A stretch of DNA of 64,000 nucleotides from Octopus vulgaris (lineage: Eukaryota), in the NCBI GenBank assembly GCA_951406725.2, contig OX597827.1, forward strand, positions 48,236,001-48,300,000. The letters run 5' to 3'. The translations under genes were made by a program, and so were the position numbers. The stretch's first letter is position 1. Each line of letters starts with the position of its first letter. The notes beneath the pieces were generated by a model. It saw only the letters and a program-made list of their open reading frames with translations, did not search any database and was not told where the DNA came from. Shown here piece by piece: positions 43,480 through 58,104 of this stretch.

Positions 43480-43975
43480 TTTGAAGAGGTGGAGAAATCG
43501 ATTCATCACATTGTCTGTAGTTGCCCGAACATGACCAAGAAGGAATACATCAACAAAGTTGGAACTTACATGCATTGGTTGACATGTCAGTATGTCATCC
43601 AATGCAAATTCCTATCGACAAGAAGTGTTATGAATACTCTTGAGCATATCAGTATAAATTTACAAGGAGACCAGACGTTGTTGGTCTAATGGACAAAATA
43701 TTAGACCAATGTCTGGAAGAGAAAATTCTCCTAATCGATACATCAGTCTCAAAAGATGATAATGTGTCTCTTAAAACGATGGAGAAATCATACATATATA
43801 AAGATTTAGAAAGAAAAATAACCATAACAGAGAAACTGAAAACAGAAACAATCACTTTAATAATAGATGTTTTGGAAACGAAAAACATTGCGACATCATC
43901 GCAACAAGTATGTAAAGTAAAATATACAGAATATATAGAAAAAGGAAGTGCTAACTTCTGCGCATATATTACGTA
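43480..43975 (+). mobile_element. Decayed R4/Dong-like LINE endonuclease fragment
   Basis: KSIHHIVCSCPNMTKKEYI..VGTYMHW and LLIDTSVSKDDNVSLK.MEK..YKDLE. Confidence 0.7.
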
Positions 43976-44896
43976 ATGTAATTTCTATTCAGTAAATATA
44001 CCGAAAGCAAACGAAAATTTTGGAAGTACCCAGGGCATGCAGAGCTGCACTTAGCTGTGCAATACAAGCACACAATTAACATAATGATGGTAATAATAAT
44101 GATATTGATATGATAATAATGATGATGATGACGATGATAATAATAATAATAATTGTCTTTATTAGCCACAAATGCCTCTAGAGACAACATCGTTTATACA
44201 CTCACATGCAAATGTATAAACATATCGAAGTAATCATATACATATTTTATGATCGTTGGATATGTAATATGTAGCTGCAAGAAAATGTGTCCACTTAAAA
44301 TTACCACCGGCAATTTATGAAGCAACAATACAATGATTAGTAAAATTCACCTCGAAGCAAATGATCGATCTCTTATAGGGAAATATACTCTCTTAAATTT
44401 CAACATATATGTGCGCGCTAATTATGTATATACAAAACTAGCATTATTAATGACATTAGAAAATATCCCAAGGGTGAATTTTACATGCTGGAATTATTAA
44501 GTGCAAACTAACATACTTGTCATGATGAGACGAAAATATTTTTCAATTAATTGGAATTATAACCGTAATGAGAAGAAAATTCATTAATGTTAATGAATAT
44601 ATATTCTTAAAGGAAACGAGGGAAGTTTTAAAGTTTTCAATTATAAACATTTGAATTATAATACGGAGGGAGACACGGAGAGTCTTATCTCATGTTTGTG
44701 ACTGTGGCACGCATATCTTAGTATTACTGCATTCTTATGAGGATTATGCATCTTCAACACTAATGATCTTTCATATTGTTCTAATTATAACTTCAATTCA
44801 ATGCTAATTAGTTCCGGCTCAGTAGTAAATTACACGTTGCCATAGTAAAAGGTTAAGTCGGCAAACAGGCAGAGTCGTAAGGACGCTGGAGAAAAG

Positions 44897-45328
44897 GGAA
44901 CTCTTCGGTTTGAACGGCAGTTTTTTAAAATACTTTCCACGTAACAAAACACTTTTAAACTTCGTATACTGGTAGAATGTGTTTATAAAATATCTTTTTC
45001 CCTTGGCTTTATTGAGAAAATTCTATAGTTTGTAAGATATTTGTTGTTTTTTTCTTCTTCAATTTCTGCAATTTCAACGAATCAATGACGTCTATTGAGG
45101 TGAAAACATTCTGTGCCGTATGAATATGTCCTTCGTTTAAGAAACATATTGGGTTTATTTACATTTCTGAAGAAAAAAGATACCCTTCCCCCACCCCTAA
45201 CCCTAACTCCAACTAACACTAACCCTAAACAGATTGAAATGCAATAGATCGATACTAGGGTCATAATTATGGGTGACAATTTCATATGACACCGCTAGAA
45301 AAAACTGCCGTTCAAACCGAAAAGATAC
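44897..45328. mobile_element. MITE with ~29-bp TIRs and 8-bp TSD, inserted in a Nin-like SINE (44856-45500)
   Basis: TIRs GGAACTCTTCGGTTTGAACGGCAGTTTTT / AAAAACTGCCGTTCAAACCGAAAAGATAC; TSD GAGAAAAG at 44889-44896 and 45329-45336; SINE head and core rejoin when it is removed. Confidence 0.9.
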
Positions 45329-45559
45329 GAGAAAAGACTTAGCGACGTTCTGTTCGCCGTTACAGCTGAAGATCCGAGGAGGTCGATTTGCCTTTCATTC
45401 TACCGATCGATAAAATAAGTACCAGTTGAGTACTGATGTCGTTATAATTGACTAGCCTCAACCCACACCAAATTTCTGGCCTTGTGCCTATAGTAGTGAG
45501 GATTTTCATGTCTGATGTCCTCACAAATCATTTTGTGATTCATGTAGTCTCCAAATTTT

Positions 45560-45590
<31 letters not shown>

Positions 45591-45610
45591 CATTTATGTA
45601 TGTATGTATG

Positions 45611-45644
<34 letters not shown>

Positions 45645-45728
45645 TGTATGTATGTATGTATGTATGTATGTGTGTATGTATGTATGTATGTATGTATGCA
45701 TGTATGTATGTATGACTATATATATATA

Positions 45729-45985
45729 TACTGGGTGTGATGGTTGAATTATCACCAAATTACATTTTTTTTATTTTGCGAACGCGCATTGTTTGCTTAT
45801 GATTTTGTCGCCTACACAGTACAGTAGGTTCAGTTGGGCACCGACTGTGAGACAAACAGTATCATGACACAATTCACTCTGACAAAAATTCGAAAACAAC
45901 CTGATGTATGGCTTGCCATTCATGCCGGAAGGTCCAGTACGAACGAAACTTTCAGAGTCAGTCTGAGGACAGTGCAAGTCTGTTC
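45729..45985 (+). mobile_element. 5' end of the maT-like transposon family
   Basis: GATTTTGTCG.CTACACAGTA.AGTAGG.TCAGTTGGGCACC matches the reverse complement of ~31290-31480 and ~8520-8665. Confidence 0.75.
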
Positions 45986-45989
45986 CGTA

Positions 45990-46250
45990 GGACTTTCTGG
46001 TTAGGAACTATCATGGATAATTTCCAGATGTATGTAGCCTGGCAGTGCTACCGAATCCGTCTGTCGGCCTTCAATGGGACAGGCAAGGCAGTTTTCTTTT
46101 GCATGGTGGCTGTGGCGAAATTGGTTGTTTGGTGGATAAGGCTGAAAGGCATGAGGACAGATACATTCCTCACTGTTACAGCTGTCATTGACTTCAAGTT
46201 TCACTTGAAAAAGGAAATTGAGTGTAGAGAAGGAAGCGCTGTCCTCGGGT
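45990..46250 (+). mobile_element. L1/Tx1-group LINE ORF2 3' fragment, internally deleted
   Basis: DNFQMYVAWQCYR...VAVAKLVVWWIRLKG...IDFKFHLKKEI parallels the 4129-4640 copy. Confidence 0.6.
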
Positions 46251-46636
46251 GAGTTTACTGAAAGTTGGGCGAAAGTTGCGAAAATGGACAGAGTGGATGG
46301 TACCTCTGTAACTGTAGACTTGTAAGTCGGAGAGAAGGAATCGGAGAGGACGCTTATTCCTAGGGTTTCATGGCAATCTCGGGCAGTGCGGTTCCTCGAT
46401 TATCTCCAGAGGCTTTCCTGTATTTGGAGGGCCACATCTCTATCACCCACCTCGCCAGTTTTTCTGCCTTTTGTATGCTATACATGTGTCTCTTCTTTTT
46501 CACCATTTCATAATTATATGTAAAACCCCGTACTTCGGATCTGACTCTGTAATGTGCCCCTTATCCTTCGCCCTTGTAGCAAATAAATGAAATCATCATT
46601 CTTCTTCTTCTTCTTCTAATTCTTCTTCTTCTTCTT

Positions 46637-46667
<31 letters not shown>

Positions 46668-46692
46668 TTATTATTATTATTATTATTATTAT

Positions 46693-46742
<50 letters not shown>

Positions 46743-46747
46743 TTATT

Positions 46748-46885
46748 ATTCCGCCGAGGTCGACTTTGCCTTTCATCCATTCGGGGTCGATTAAATAAGT
46801 ACCAGTTACGCACTGGGGTCGATGTAATCGACCTAATCCCATTGTCTGTCCTTGTTTGTCCCCTCTGAGTTTGTGGATAGTGAAA
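46748..46885 (+). mobile_element. 5'-truncated Nin-like SINE between trinucleotide microsatellites
   Basis: Closely matches 2413-2560. Confidence 0.8.
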
Positions 46886-46887
46886 AA

Positions 46888-46952
<65 letters not shown>

Positions 46953-47791
46953 CATCATCGTTATTATTATCAGTATTATTGTTGTTATTATTGTTATTAT
47001 CGTTATTATCGTTATCATCATCATCATCATCATCAGCATCATCATTATTAATATTATTATTATTATTATTATTATTATTGATGTTGTTGTTGTTATTTTT
47101 GTTCATTTAAAACGGGATTCAATTTATCAATAAATTTCTTTCTCTGACTTTTCACTTGTATCGTTTGTAGAATGGCAACATTATAAACATTTTGTGAACA
47201 CATGTTCCCAGATGGTCGCTCTAACGGATCTGATGGATATCAGGCCCCTTAATTTGCTGTCGGTTCATACGCGAACGTTCCGATAATGCAGTGGTCTGAC
47301 CAACGTACATCTCTTACAATTCAAGCAATTGCTGCTGCAAATTAAATTTTTGCTTTTGCATTTCATGTTTGCATTTGTTAATATTTATCAGGTTTTTATG
47401 TTCATATATTGACCGGCATGTTTGAGCTGACATGTGACATAATTTATTATCATTATTTTAAAATAAAATATGATCCGTTGTATTCTGCGGAACCGGGGTC
47501 ATCCCTTGACGCTAGGGTCAGAGCAGATCCTCATCTCATGGGGAATACGCGGCGTAAAATGTGTGCGGAACCTAGCAATACTATTTTCTGAAGTTCTCCC
47601 ATGTTAACATTGCAACACTGCAAGGTAGTTTGTTACTTTTACTATGATTATTATGATTATTATGATTATTATTGTTGTTGTTGTTGTAGTTGATGTTGTT
47701 ATTATTATTGTTGTTATTATTATTATTAGTGTTGCTGTTGTAGCTGTTGTTATTATTATTATTGTTGTTATTATTATTATTATTATTATTA

Positions 47792-47840
<49 letters not shown>

Positions 47841-47848
47841 TTCCCCCA

Positions 47849-47895
47849 AAACACCTGATGAAGGCTGGAGGATATATCAGCCGAAACGTTTTGTT
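47849..47895 (+). ncRNA. Minimal type I hammerhead ribozyme motif in a ~140-bp insertion within (ATT)n
   Basis: AACAC-CTGATGA-A-GGCTG gaggatatat CAGCC-GAAAC-GTT-TTGTT; intact core, 5-bp stem II, one stem I mismatch. Confidence 0.65.
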
Positions 47896-48775
47896 AGCAA
47901 CAAAATGAGAACAAATATCCGCCAATTGTAAAAAATGTAAATATAATGTATATAATTCCTCATCTCTAAAATATAGAACAGGATTATTATTGCATTTGGA
48001 TACAATGACTGATTCGTCATTGTTGATTAGGTCAAACTTTGTCTATGTTTATAATTGCTACAAGTTTATACATAAATAGATGTGTGCATTTTTCCCTTGT
48101 TTAAAATTAACACGGAAAAAATAGATAAACAGTTACCAGGGTAGCAAAATATCTAAAAGACCATAATAAACAATTTAATTTAGATTGGTTGGTTCTCTCC
48201 ATTTGGTTCCGATATGGGTAAGGAATTTTGCCATCTCTGCAATTCTGAACTATTTTTTATTCTTTTTTTCTTAAAATCCCCGTGTTAACACGGTTATAGA
48301 GCGTGCTTAACGATGTAAACATTTGCTGAAACATATCTTTAGTTTATATAAGTGATGTCTACCATTATATATAATTTGAACATGTATTTTCTTCTTATAT
48401 TTCACTTCCACTAGATATATCTTTTTCCAAGACTTCAGGCTTTTATTTAATTCTCATACCATTCTATATTTCTCATTTATTTGGTTTCTGCTTTTTTCTT
48501 TCCTTTACCCTTCCTCTTTCTATAGGCTACCATTGACGTTATTTTCTCTAACGTTTTCTTTTTTTAAAAACTTAGTAGCGTTCAATTCATCATTATTCAT
48601 ATCCATCATATTCTTTTAAAATGTCTTATTGACGAGTCTATTTTATTTCTTCATTTCTCTGATGAGAGGTTTACATTGTTTTACACCATTTTATTCCTTT
48701 GGAATAATACCAATGATGTCTTCGAAACATATATCGGAAGTAGAAGAATTTGAATAACACCTGCGTTTAACGCCA

Positions 48776-49050
<275 letters not shown>

Positions 49051-49075
49051 GGGGTGCGTGTGTTTGTGTGTGTAG

Positions 49076-49320
49076 GCTAATAATATAATAAAGCCTGAAC
49101 AGGGTAAACTACCCCTATTTTGCAGAAAAAAGTGTTGGCGGCCGACAACTGTTTTTCTGTAAAATAGGGTTAGTTTATCCCGTTCAGGCTATATTATTAG
49201 CATTATCCTGCGTTTCAGAACTTAACAAAATCACTTCTTTAAGTTCCTAAGACATCTCAACGCTTCTAAAGTAAACATCGTTTGTTTATTTACTCTCATC
49301 ATAATTTAAATTTGATATAC
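49076..49320. mobile_element. Fold-back insertion: 126-bp hairpin (49076-49201) plus ~120-bp tail
   Basis: GCTAATAATATA..AGCCTGAAC.GGGTAAACTA.CCCTATTTT.CAGAAAAA and its reverse complement. Confidence 0.65.
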
Positions 49321-50357
49321 ATATATTGGCCAGTTCGCCTAACCAGCTGGGTAGGATCATTTCAATGTTGAAACAATGCAAAAGCGCATTGTGACCAGCG
49401 ATGTGTAACAACATCTTGTTTTATGGTTGGTTACGTGGTCACATGGTCACAATTTCTAATCATATTTATATATACAATTAGTAATTAAATACATGCATTA
49501 CATTAGATTTTAGATATTAAGTGTATGTAAATGATGTTAAGTAATGATATTTAGCGTTAATTATATATATAAAGTTATATATCGAGAAGTATGGAATTTC
49601 CTCGGGATACCAGCGGCTCTCTCTGTTCGATAGATTTATTGAATAAACAGCCATTGTGCAATTTATTGAATGTTCTTTGAAATGTATGAATATAAAACGA
49701 AATATAACAATTTTATATTGAATTTCGAATTCATATTCTTTCCCATTAGAAAAATCTCGACATCGTTATAATAGAAGAAAAAATGCAAAAATATTAACTA
49801 AGCTGGAATTTCTATCTTTTCAGGATTTGCCTCCAGGTATTAGAAAAAGAGAGCGATGAACATTATGAAAGTTTGAGAGGGAATTGATATATTGCAAACC
49901 GTCTCTGCTTCTTGACTAACTATTCTGAATCACATCGGTTCTAAAATTTAGATTCACAGTACGTCTCGTTTTAGAAATTTAGAACCGAGAAGGCTTCTCT
50001 TGTAGATACTTCCATTTATAAAAGCATCCATTCAATAAGATGTTGTTATTGAAAATTCCTATTCTTGAAAATACTATTCCTATAACTTTTCAATCGATAA
50101 AGACCCTCTTTTTAGCTATTTTGATCCAATCTGGTTCGTCCTTTTGTGGTTTAAACTCGAGAACCTACTATATATCAGATATCGCAACTCTTGCAGATCG
50201 TCTTTCTTTCATATGTTCATTTTCGATTAAAAGCCCTCTTGTTACAGTTTTATATTTCCGAATACTTTCCACAAAAAGGCTTAGATTTTTATAAAGCTAC
50301 TTTCTTTTAGACGATTAAATTCATGTATATACCATTGTACAGATTTAGGTTATAAAA

Positions 50358-50901
50358 GTAGCTGTTGGACCCGGCGTTACTTGTGTTTTCCGTGTTGAAG
50401 TTAACCTTATATTGAAATCTTCTACGTTCCCAGTGCCAACTATTATCCATTAAGATGTTATAAGACAGGCTGTTGCAGGATGAGTAGATGTGTGCAGGCG
50501 GAGGGAAAATGATCAGAGCAGGCGACGGAATTTTGTTGACGGAGCAGAGATTTTGCCGCAGACGACGACGTGTTCAATGTTGCAAAGGACAGAAAAGTAA
50601 ATAAGCATTTCCTTTGAGACTATTGTTGAAATTTTACACGTGAAAAAATGCAAAGGCTGCAGGAAAAATAACATCGTTATGGGAATTTCCATTCAAACTC
50701 TCAAATGAGCTCACAAAAATTTATACCAACTGAGGATTATCGAGTTTTCGAAAAATTCCGGCCTTATCTGAACTTCAGGGCATGTGATCTAAATATGTGC
50801 CAAAAATCATTAAAATCGGTTGGACGGTGTAGGTCGAGTTAGAGTAACCCCAAACACACACACACACAAACAGACGTCAGTACACATTTGTATATATAGA
50901 T
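50358..50901 (+). mobile_element. Non-autonomous Helentron/DINE-1-like element
   Basis: 5' TAGCTG..GACCCGGCGTT; 3' CCAAAAATCATTAAAATCGGTTGGACGGT...(CA)n ACAAACAGAC...TATATATAGAT, the layout typical of such elements. Confidence 0.6.
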
Positions 50902-53635
50902 ATAAACCTTTTACATTTTACATTCATTCCACGCCTGTTTAATAAATCCAGCAGATTTCATTATCTAACGTCTTCTTCCCCTTGTTTTCAAGGACACCGA
51001 AAGAGGGTTATAAGCTAATTCTAGCAGGGCATTTTACGTAATTTTCCACATACAACCGAATTTCTTTTGGGCTTCCTTGATAAAAATGCCGGCTGCTTCA
51101 GTTCTGTTTAACGTTCATTTGATGGCGTCAGTTTCCTTCTAAAAGCAAATATGCCCCACGTCACGCGTTCGTAAATAATTGAATATGGGGAACAAAGTCC
51201 CTACATTTTTACGTAATGTAAACTTCAGAAATCCATATTAATTGATCGATACTCTCAATAAGTATTGTTGTTCAGTATTTTAAATAACTGTAGCTTTCTT
51301 CCCCAAGCTAAACTTACGTCTGAATAAATAAATCTCTTTAATAAAAAAGATTGTGTATACACACACACACATGCAAACACACACACACATACACACATTT
51401 ATATATATATATATATATACATAGAAAGAAGGAGAGAGTGTGTGACAGAGAGGCAGAAAGAGACAGAGAGGCACAGAGAGAGACAAAGAGGCAGAGAGAG
51501 AAAAAGAGGCAGAGAGAGAAACAGAAAGGCAGAGAGAGAGAGAGACAGAGGGGCAGAGATACAGAGTTGAGTGCTAGTCTACCCTTCAAACTATACATAT
51601 GCTTATGCAAATATGTGAACATAACTGATAAACACACACACATATACATACACACATATACGCACACACACCAACACATACAGATACACACACGTATTTA
51701 CAACAAAAGTAATTGTATTCAACTATGGATAACCTTGTTGACCTGCTCTTAAAATATGGTGTCATCTCACTTAAATATGTTGCCTTTGTACAGTTATGAT
51801 GTGAGCCGAAAATATTGCATTCGCAACATGAACATGTACAATTTATTGATTCATAAATCCTCACATAACCAAAACTCTCTGTATGCAGACGCGCACATAC
51901 ACATACACAGGCGCAGTCACGCACACACACACACACACACACAAGCACACACAAACACACACACAGAGGCACAGGCACACAGACGTACACCGGCAAATAC
52001 TCACACATGCACATGTGTGTATGAGTGTGATTGTGCTGCTGTGTATGTGTGCAAGCGTGTATGTGTGTGCGTGTGGGTCTAAAGTCAATACTATTGGCCA
52101 AGATACTTAATTGGTGTGTTATTTTATCGATCCCGGAAGCATGAAAGGAAATATTCACTCGGGCAGAAGTCGAAATCAGAAAGAATAGAGGTCTAATCTA
52201 AAAAAAACGTATGGTATTCTCTAATGTAGAAGACATGAAGAGAAGAAGTGGGAAGGTTATTTATAATATGGTAATGGTCATGTTAAATCAAAAGTAGCTA
52301 AGGCCTTTATCACGAGCTCCTGACGTGTCATAACAGACATCATGAATATTTTATTATTTTTCATTGCCCGAATTATTAACAATCATCATGTATTGGATAA
52401 GAATTAAGATATGCAACATATCCAATGGCGTTTCGATCCTTGTTGAAGGATTACTGAATTCAGATGTATGAATTTAAAAAAAAATTAAACTCGAGAATCG
52501 TGAATTACTTTAGAGATAAACTTTGTCACTGCTAAGAATTAGGTATACTGGTTAAATGTACTGGTATCGTATAGCTGTTTCATAACTACAAGTACATCGA
52601 TCGTGTGTGTGTGAGTTTGTGTGTGACGTGCAGCGTTTTTTTAAAGTATTCTAGACTTGTTGGAGCCCTCGTTCACCAGGTAGAATCACTGCCGCCTTTT
52701 CCCACAGATTTAGGAAAGAAGACTTGTTTGAGAAAAAGAATAATCGACTTCGTTACAGAACTGATGCATACTTTAATTTTGAAATGGGTTGAATAGCCGC
52801 AAAATAGCAATGATCCGGCGACCAAATAAGGCTTGTAATTATATAGGTTATCTCCTTATTGGTGGTATGAAAACAGATCGAATGAGCTTTCATATATCGA
52901 TTAGTGATACATGCAGACGATGAAACTAGTTCATAACGACTATTGAGGATTGCAAAATTTTCGATTTCTGCACCGGCGGCAGCAAGAAATAAAAAGAAGT
53001 TCGAAGTCCAACATACTTGAAGATATTAATATCAAGTTGACTGCCTTTAATCGGTCTATTTCTATCAATTAGAGCGAATCCTTGAAATTTATATGTGTAT
53101 ATTTATATATTTTTTTCTTGTCAATAAAAAAATCATGGATGTTTTCCTCCACATATTTCTTCAAGATTTTTTAATTAAATTTGTATTTATTGATGCAAAT
53201 ATTGAACGATGCGATTGTTAATTATTCTTTTACTTTATTCGTGATTATTTTTCTTTTTGAATATTTTTATGATATTTTATTTTTTTTATTCAGTTAAGAA
53301 ATCAATATTCACAGCAATAGTGGAGCTAGCTTCATTTTTCTTCTGTTGACAACGTTATTAGTATTATGAAATATAGCTGTTCGAGATATTTCCCCACGTT
53401 TTTCCTATTGTTATTGCTGTTTGTTAGCGCTAATCTAAAATTGAATTTTTTGAAAACGGTACATGCCAGCCGTAACCGTCCTGGTTTCTTGAATTCTTAA
53501 AGGGAAATTGAACGAACCGATATTGTAATGAAAACATAACTGAGAAAGAATGTCTGAAAAAAATACAAGAGAAAGATTAGCAAGGTACTTGAAATAAACT
53601 TTATCGCGAGTAATGTCATCTGCCTCTCTATCTGC

Positions 53636-53673
<38 letters not shown>

Positions 53674-53699
53674 GCCTCTCTGTCTTTGGACGATGGCAG

Positions 53700-54260
53700 A
53701 ACTGTATTATGCTGCTCTTTTGTTAAGATGCATAAAAACAGCATGAAGAATTAGATAGAGCTTACAGCTCCTAAGGAAAGAAGAAAGTAGAGATCTATTA
53801 AACACTGAAGACACCTTAAGTGTTATGATATTCGTGCGTAGCAAAATATAAATGCCGTTTGCGATGAGAAAAATACAAAATTTGACTAAAACTGTGGTAG
53901 AATTCATGAATAGAAGGAAGAGAAGCAGGATAATCAGCTGGTACAAGAATGAATACAAGGCCAGTGCATGCAGCAAACCGAGCATGCTGGATCTAAACAA
54001 CGTGTAGGTGTCAAATGGGAACACCAAACGAAAAAGTGAACCGCTAGTTTTAGACAATGAGCTACAAAGAGAAAGGTAGATAAAACGCAGTCATGGAACA
54101 AACGCAGAATCTGTGGAAAAAGTGACAATAGTATTAAATATTTCTTAAGCGAATGCAGTAAACTAGCAGAGAAAAATGCACAGGCATGGCTATCAGAGAA
54201 AAGAGTGCATTGGGATATTAATCGCGTGTGTGAATTCAGGGTGACTGACAAGTTGTATGA
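53700..54260 (+). mobile_element. Highly decayed R4/Dong-like LINE fragment
   Basis: RRICGKSDNSIKYFLSECSKLAEK...RVHWDI resembles the CCHC region at ~36580-36710. Confidence 0.55.
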
Positions 54261-54279
54261 ACAAGAGCGACAGACTGAT

Positions 54280-54500
54280 AAGGCAGGTTTGTGTCCTGGT
54301 TTTTGTGATATATATGCCTACCCCAACTGGATGGGACGCCTGTCCGTTTCGCAATTATTCATTTTTGCTAACGAGTTGGACAGAAGCAACGTGAAATGAA
54401 GTGCTTTGCAAAAAACACAACACATTACCAGGTCCAAGAATCAAAACCACGACCTCACAACCATGGACCCAACACCCTAATTAGTAAGCTATAAGCCTTG
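54280..54500 (-). mobile_element. Decayed SINE family B
   Basis: AGCAACGTGAAATGAAGTG and CACCCTAA, as in 25050-25308. Confidence 0.7.
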
Positions 54501-55299
54501 TCTTGAAGACAGTGATGACAAATAACAATTAAAGGAATATGTGGTGTTTTTCCATAAACACTGAACACACTATTGATTCACCAATACCAGATATGACGGA
54601 ATGACCCTTTTTTGTCCTACGTGCTAATGTTTCTGCCAATTGACTACCTTAAAAACAAAAAAACAAAAAAAACATTATGATAATAATTTCTTATTTAGCC
54701 ACAAGGAGCCGGATTACATACCACGAGGACTTTTACCGACTCCCTAATTATTTTTACTGTGCCTCTTATAGCATACGTATCAGTTAATCAGACGCTTTGT
54801 AAACCTACGGAAAGAAATCAAAGACGCAATGTATTGTATGATGATGATGACGACAACAACGACGATTATGATGACGACGACGTCGATGATGATGAATGAT
54901 GATGAAGATGTAATGATGATGATGATGATGAGGATGATGATGATGATGACGACGACGATGATGATTATGTATTTACAAGTATGGTTCTGAAAGTAAGTAC
55001 AATAAAAAAATCATACGAGAAAATTTTCTTGTGAACAAGGGCATTTAAGTCTCGTGTTAGTCGATAATTATATTAGTCAGTAAGTCAATTTTGTAAGTGT
55101 ACGACAGTCGGTAATATAATATCAGTAAACATTACAAATACGAATGAAGAATGGACTTCATCGCATTGGAAGGAGTTGCGAATGGAGATATAAAATACCA
55201 TGGTGCTGTATTGTATTCTTAAGACAAATCACCGAAGACTGAAACATGTAACGTAAAAGAATAAGAGAACAAATTACATCGATTTTTGCCACAAAGTGG

Positions 55300-55775
55300 T
55301 TTCAGATTTTGGTAAATTGACCCCAGTGTCCAACTGGTACTTATCTTAGTGACACCGAAAAAATGAAAAGCAAAAACCGTAAAAGCGGACGAAATGCCGC
55401 TAAGCATTGTGTCCGGTGTTGTAACGCTTCTGAAAGCTCGCCAAGTTTCTCTCAGATTGTACACCAACTTCATACTAAGAATGGAAGAAATGTTGGATAA
55501 ACCGCTTTGTTACGGGGACGTAAATACACTATCAATGGTTGTCAAGTGACGCCGGGGTAAAACACAGACACGATGACGCACACCCATAGATATCTACATG
55601 CGTATATACGAGGGGCTTGTTTTAGTTTCATCAACGAAATCCACAAAAGAGTCCTTGGTCGGCCCGAGGCTAGAGTAGAAGACACTTGCCCAAAGTGCTA
55701 CGCAGTGGAGCCGAACCTGGAACCATGTGGCTGGAGAGCAAACATCCTACTACACAGCCACGCCACTGCGCCTAT
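55300..55775 (-). mobile_element. Adjacent decayed SINEs (Nin-like 55300-55445; family C 55490-55775)
   Basis: ACTGGTACTTAT...GAAATGCCGCTAAGCATT; TTGGTCGGCCCGAGGCTA.AGTAGAAGACACTTGCCCAA. Confidence 0.7.
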
Positions 55776-56209
55776 AGATTTTATGACTGAAATATAAAGA
55801 AAGAGCGAATATGATAAAGGTGGTTCAATGGCTTTTGATCAGAAATATGGTTAATCACAGGTGCCGGAAAGTAGAATATTTTTAGAGGTTTTTGTTTGTT
55901 TGTTTTTTTTTCATACAGAAAGGAAAATCTTTTTACTTACGTTGAGAATGCCATAACACATTCCATACTCTATATAGATTAGGTTATAAATTCAATTACC
56001 ATGTTCAACTATTGAAACACGAGAAATCTATAAGGGAACTGTATGCTTGCATTGTGGTGTGAAACTCTGTCTATAGAAATGCTGCATTAGTTCTGCACAA
56101 GCTTGCATTCTGTTGCATGCTGTAAGCTCTCATTACACCGCCCTCTTTAAATGAAATCTCGAAGCAAATAGCGAAGCTTCAGCTGTAGAATATTGGTATG
56201 TGTATCTTC

Positions 56210-56275
56210 TATTTCTTCTTATCATCATCATCATCATTATTCTTATTCTTATTCTTATTACTATTATTATTATTA

Positions 56276-56370
<95 letters not shown>

Positions 56371-56741
56371 ATTGTTATTATTATTATTCTTATTATTATT
56401 ATTATTATTATTCTTGGTGTCGTCGTTGCAGTTGTGTTTTTCGCGAAGAGTATTGTTGCTCCAGCTATTGCCGTTGTTATTGTTATTGTTGTTGGTGTTG
56501 TTGTTGTTGGTGGTTTTGTTGTTGTTGTTGGTTTTGTTGTTGTTGTGCATTATTAATTAAATACAAGGATTTTGAATGAACGTTTCACAAATTGAATGTA
56601 TGCGCTGTGAGATTTATTAGCGCCCCGCTATACCTGATTCATATATCGGTAAAGGCAATATTAATATTAATGATAATGGTAATGTTCATAAAGATAATAA
56701 CAACAACAACAACAACAACAACAAAAATAATAATAATAACG

Positions 56742-56790
<49 letters not shown>

Positions 56791-57205
56791 CATTGATGAT
56801 GATGCTGATGATGAGGATGATGTATATGATGATATACGACGACAAAGATGATGATTATGATAATGATGATAATTATGGTGAGGAGGAGGAGGAAAAGAAA
56901 GGATAAGTATGATGATGGTAATGAGGATAACGATGGTGATGACGACGACGACGACAATGATGATGTTTATGAATAAGATGGTCGCGATGATCATAGAATA
57001 AATCAATAAGTAACACTAATGTGAGTATAAATGATAAAAATAATGAAGAACGTGATGATGATGACGATGATGATGATGATGACGATGATGATGGTGTTGA
57101 TGATGATGATGATGATGACGATGATGTTGATGATGAAGATGATGATGACGATGAAGATGATGATGACGATGATGTTGATGATGATGACGGTGATGACGAT
57201 GATGT

Positions 57206-57280
<75 letters not shown>

Positions 57281-57281
57281 C

Positions 57282-57315
<34 letters not shown>

Positions 57316-57620
57316 GTGTTGATGATGAAGATGATGATGACGATGATGTTGATGATGATGATGATGATGATGACGATGATGATGATGACGACGACACCAA
57401 CGACGGCGTCGAAAATGGCTATTACAACAATGGCTACGACGGCAGTGATGAGTCTGATTATGAATATGTCGGACGTAGATGCCAACTGACAATAACGAGG
57501 ATAATGATGATGATGAAGCTGACCACGATGATGATCATGATGATGTCGACGACGACGACGACAATGACTATGATGGTGATGCACATAATGACGATAGATA
57601 TCATGATATGTATTAATAAG
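56210..57620. repeat. Compound trinucleotide microsatellite field (ATT, GTT, AAT, GAT/GAC)
   Basis: Source of the poly-D/H/S/M/I ORFs. Confidence 0.95.
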
Positions 57621-57885
57621 GATACCGATTCTGAACATAATTACAATAGAAACAAAAGGAAGATATTTCTTATGCGCCGAAAAACCAATGAGTTGTTCTG
57701 GACGATGAATATATTAAGCGAAACAATCTACTGCAATGTAAATGTATGAGAAGCGCTAATATATAATATCTGTCGACACCGCAAAAATGATTCCTCGACG
57801 CAGTGTCATAGCTTTGATGCGGGGTTAGGTTGTAGCTCATAAATCATGAGCGTGTGTGTGCTTGCGTATGCTTGTGCATATATGA

Positions 57886-57945
<60 letters not shown>

Positions 57946-58059
57946 ATATTTCGGAATGGTCATATTGCCAGTTTAGCCAATAAAAACACACGCACTATAT
58001 ATTTGGTGTTATTTTGCTTCAGTGATATTTATTTTTTACATTAATCTTAATCTTATTTC

Positions 58060-58104
58060 GGCCAAAGTTCTTTCGTCACACTCCTGTGACCGCATCAGTG
58101 GTCC
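58060..58104 (-). ncRNA. Hammerhead-like motif in PLE 3' repeat (left arm)
   Basis: Mirror of 62130-62174. Confidence 0.55.

Noticed and set aside
50040-50294. YYISDIATLADR as a GIY-YIG remnant
   Set aside because: Too degenerate; no supporting motifs
56873-57749. 242-aa poly-Asp ORF and overlapping poly-His/Ser/Met ORFs (aspein-like appearance)
   Set aside because: (GAT)n microsatellite that is open in five frames; no signal peptide or unique flanking domain
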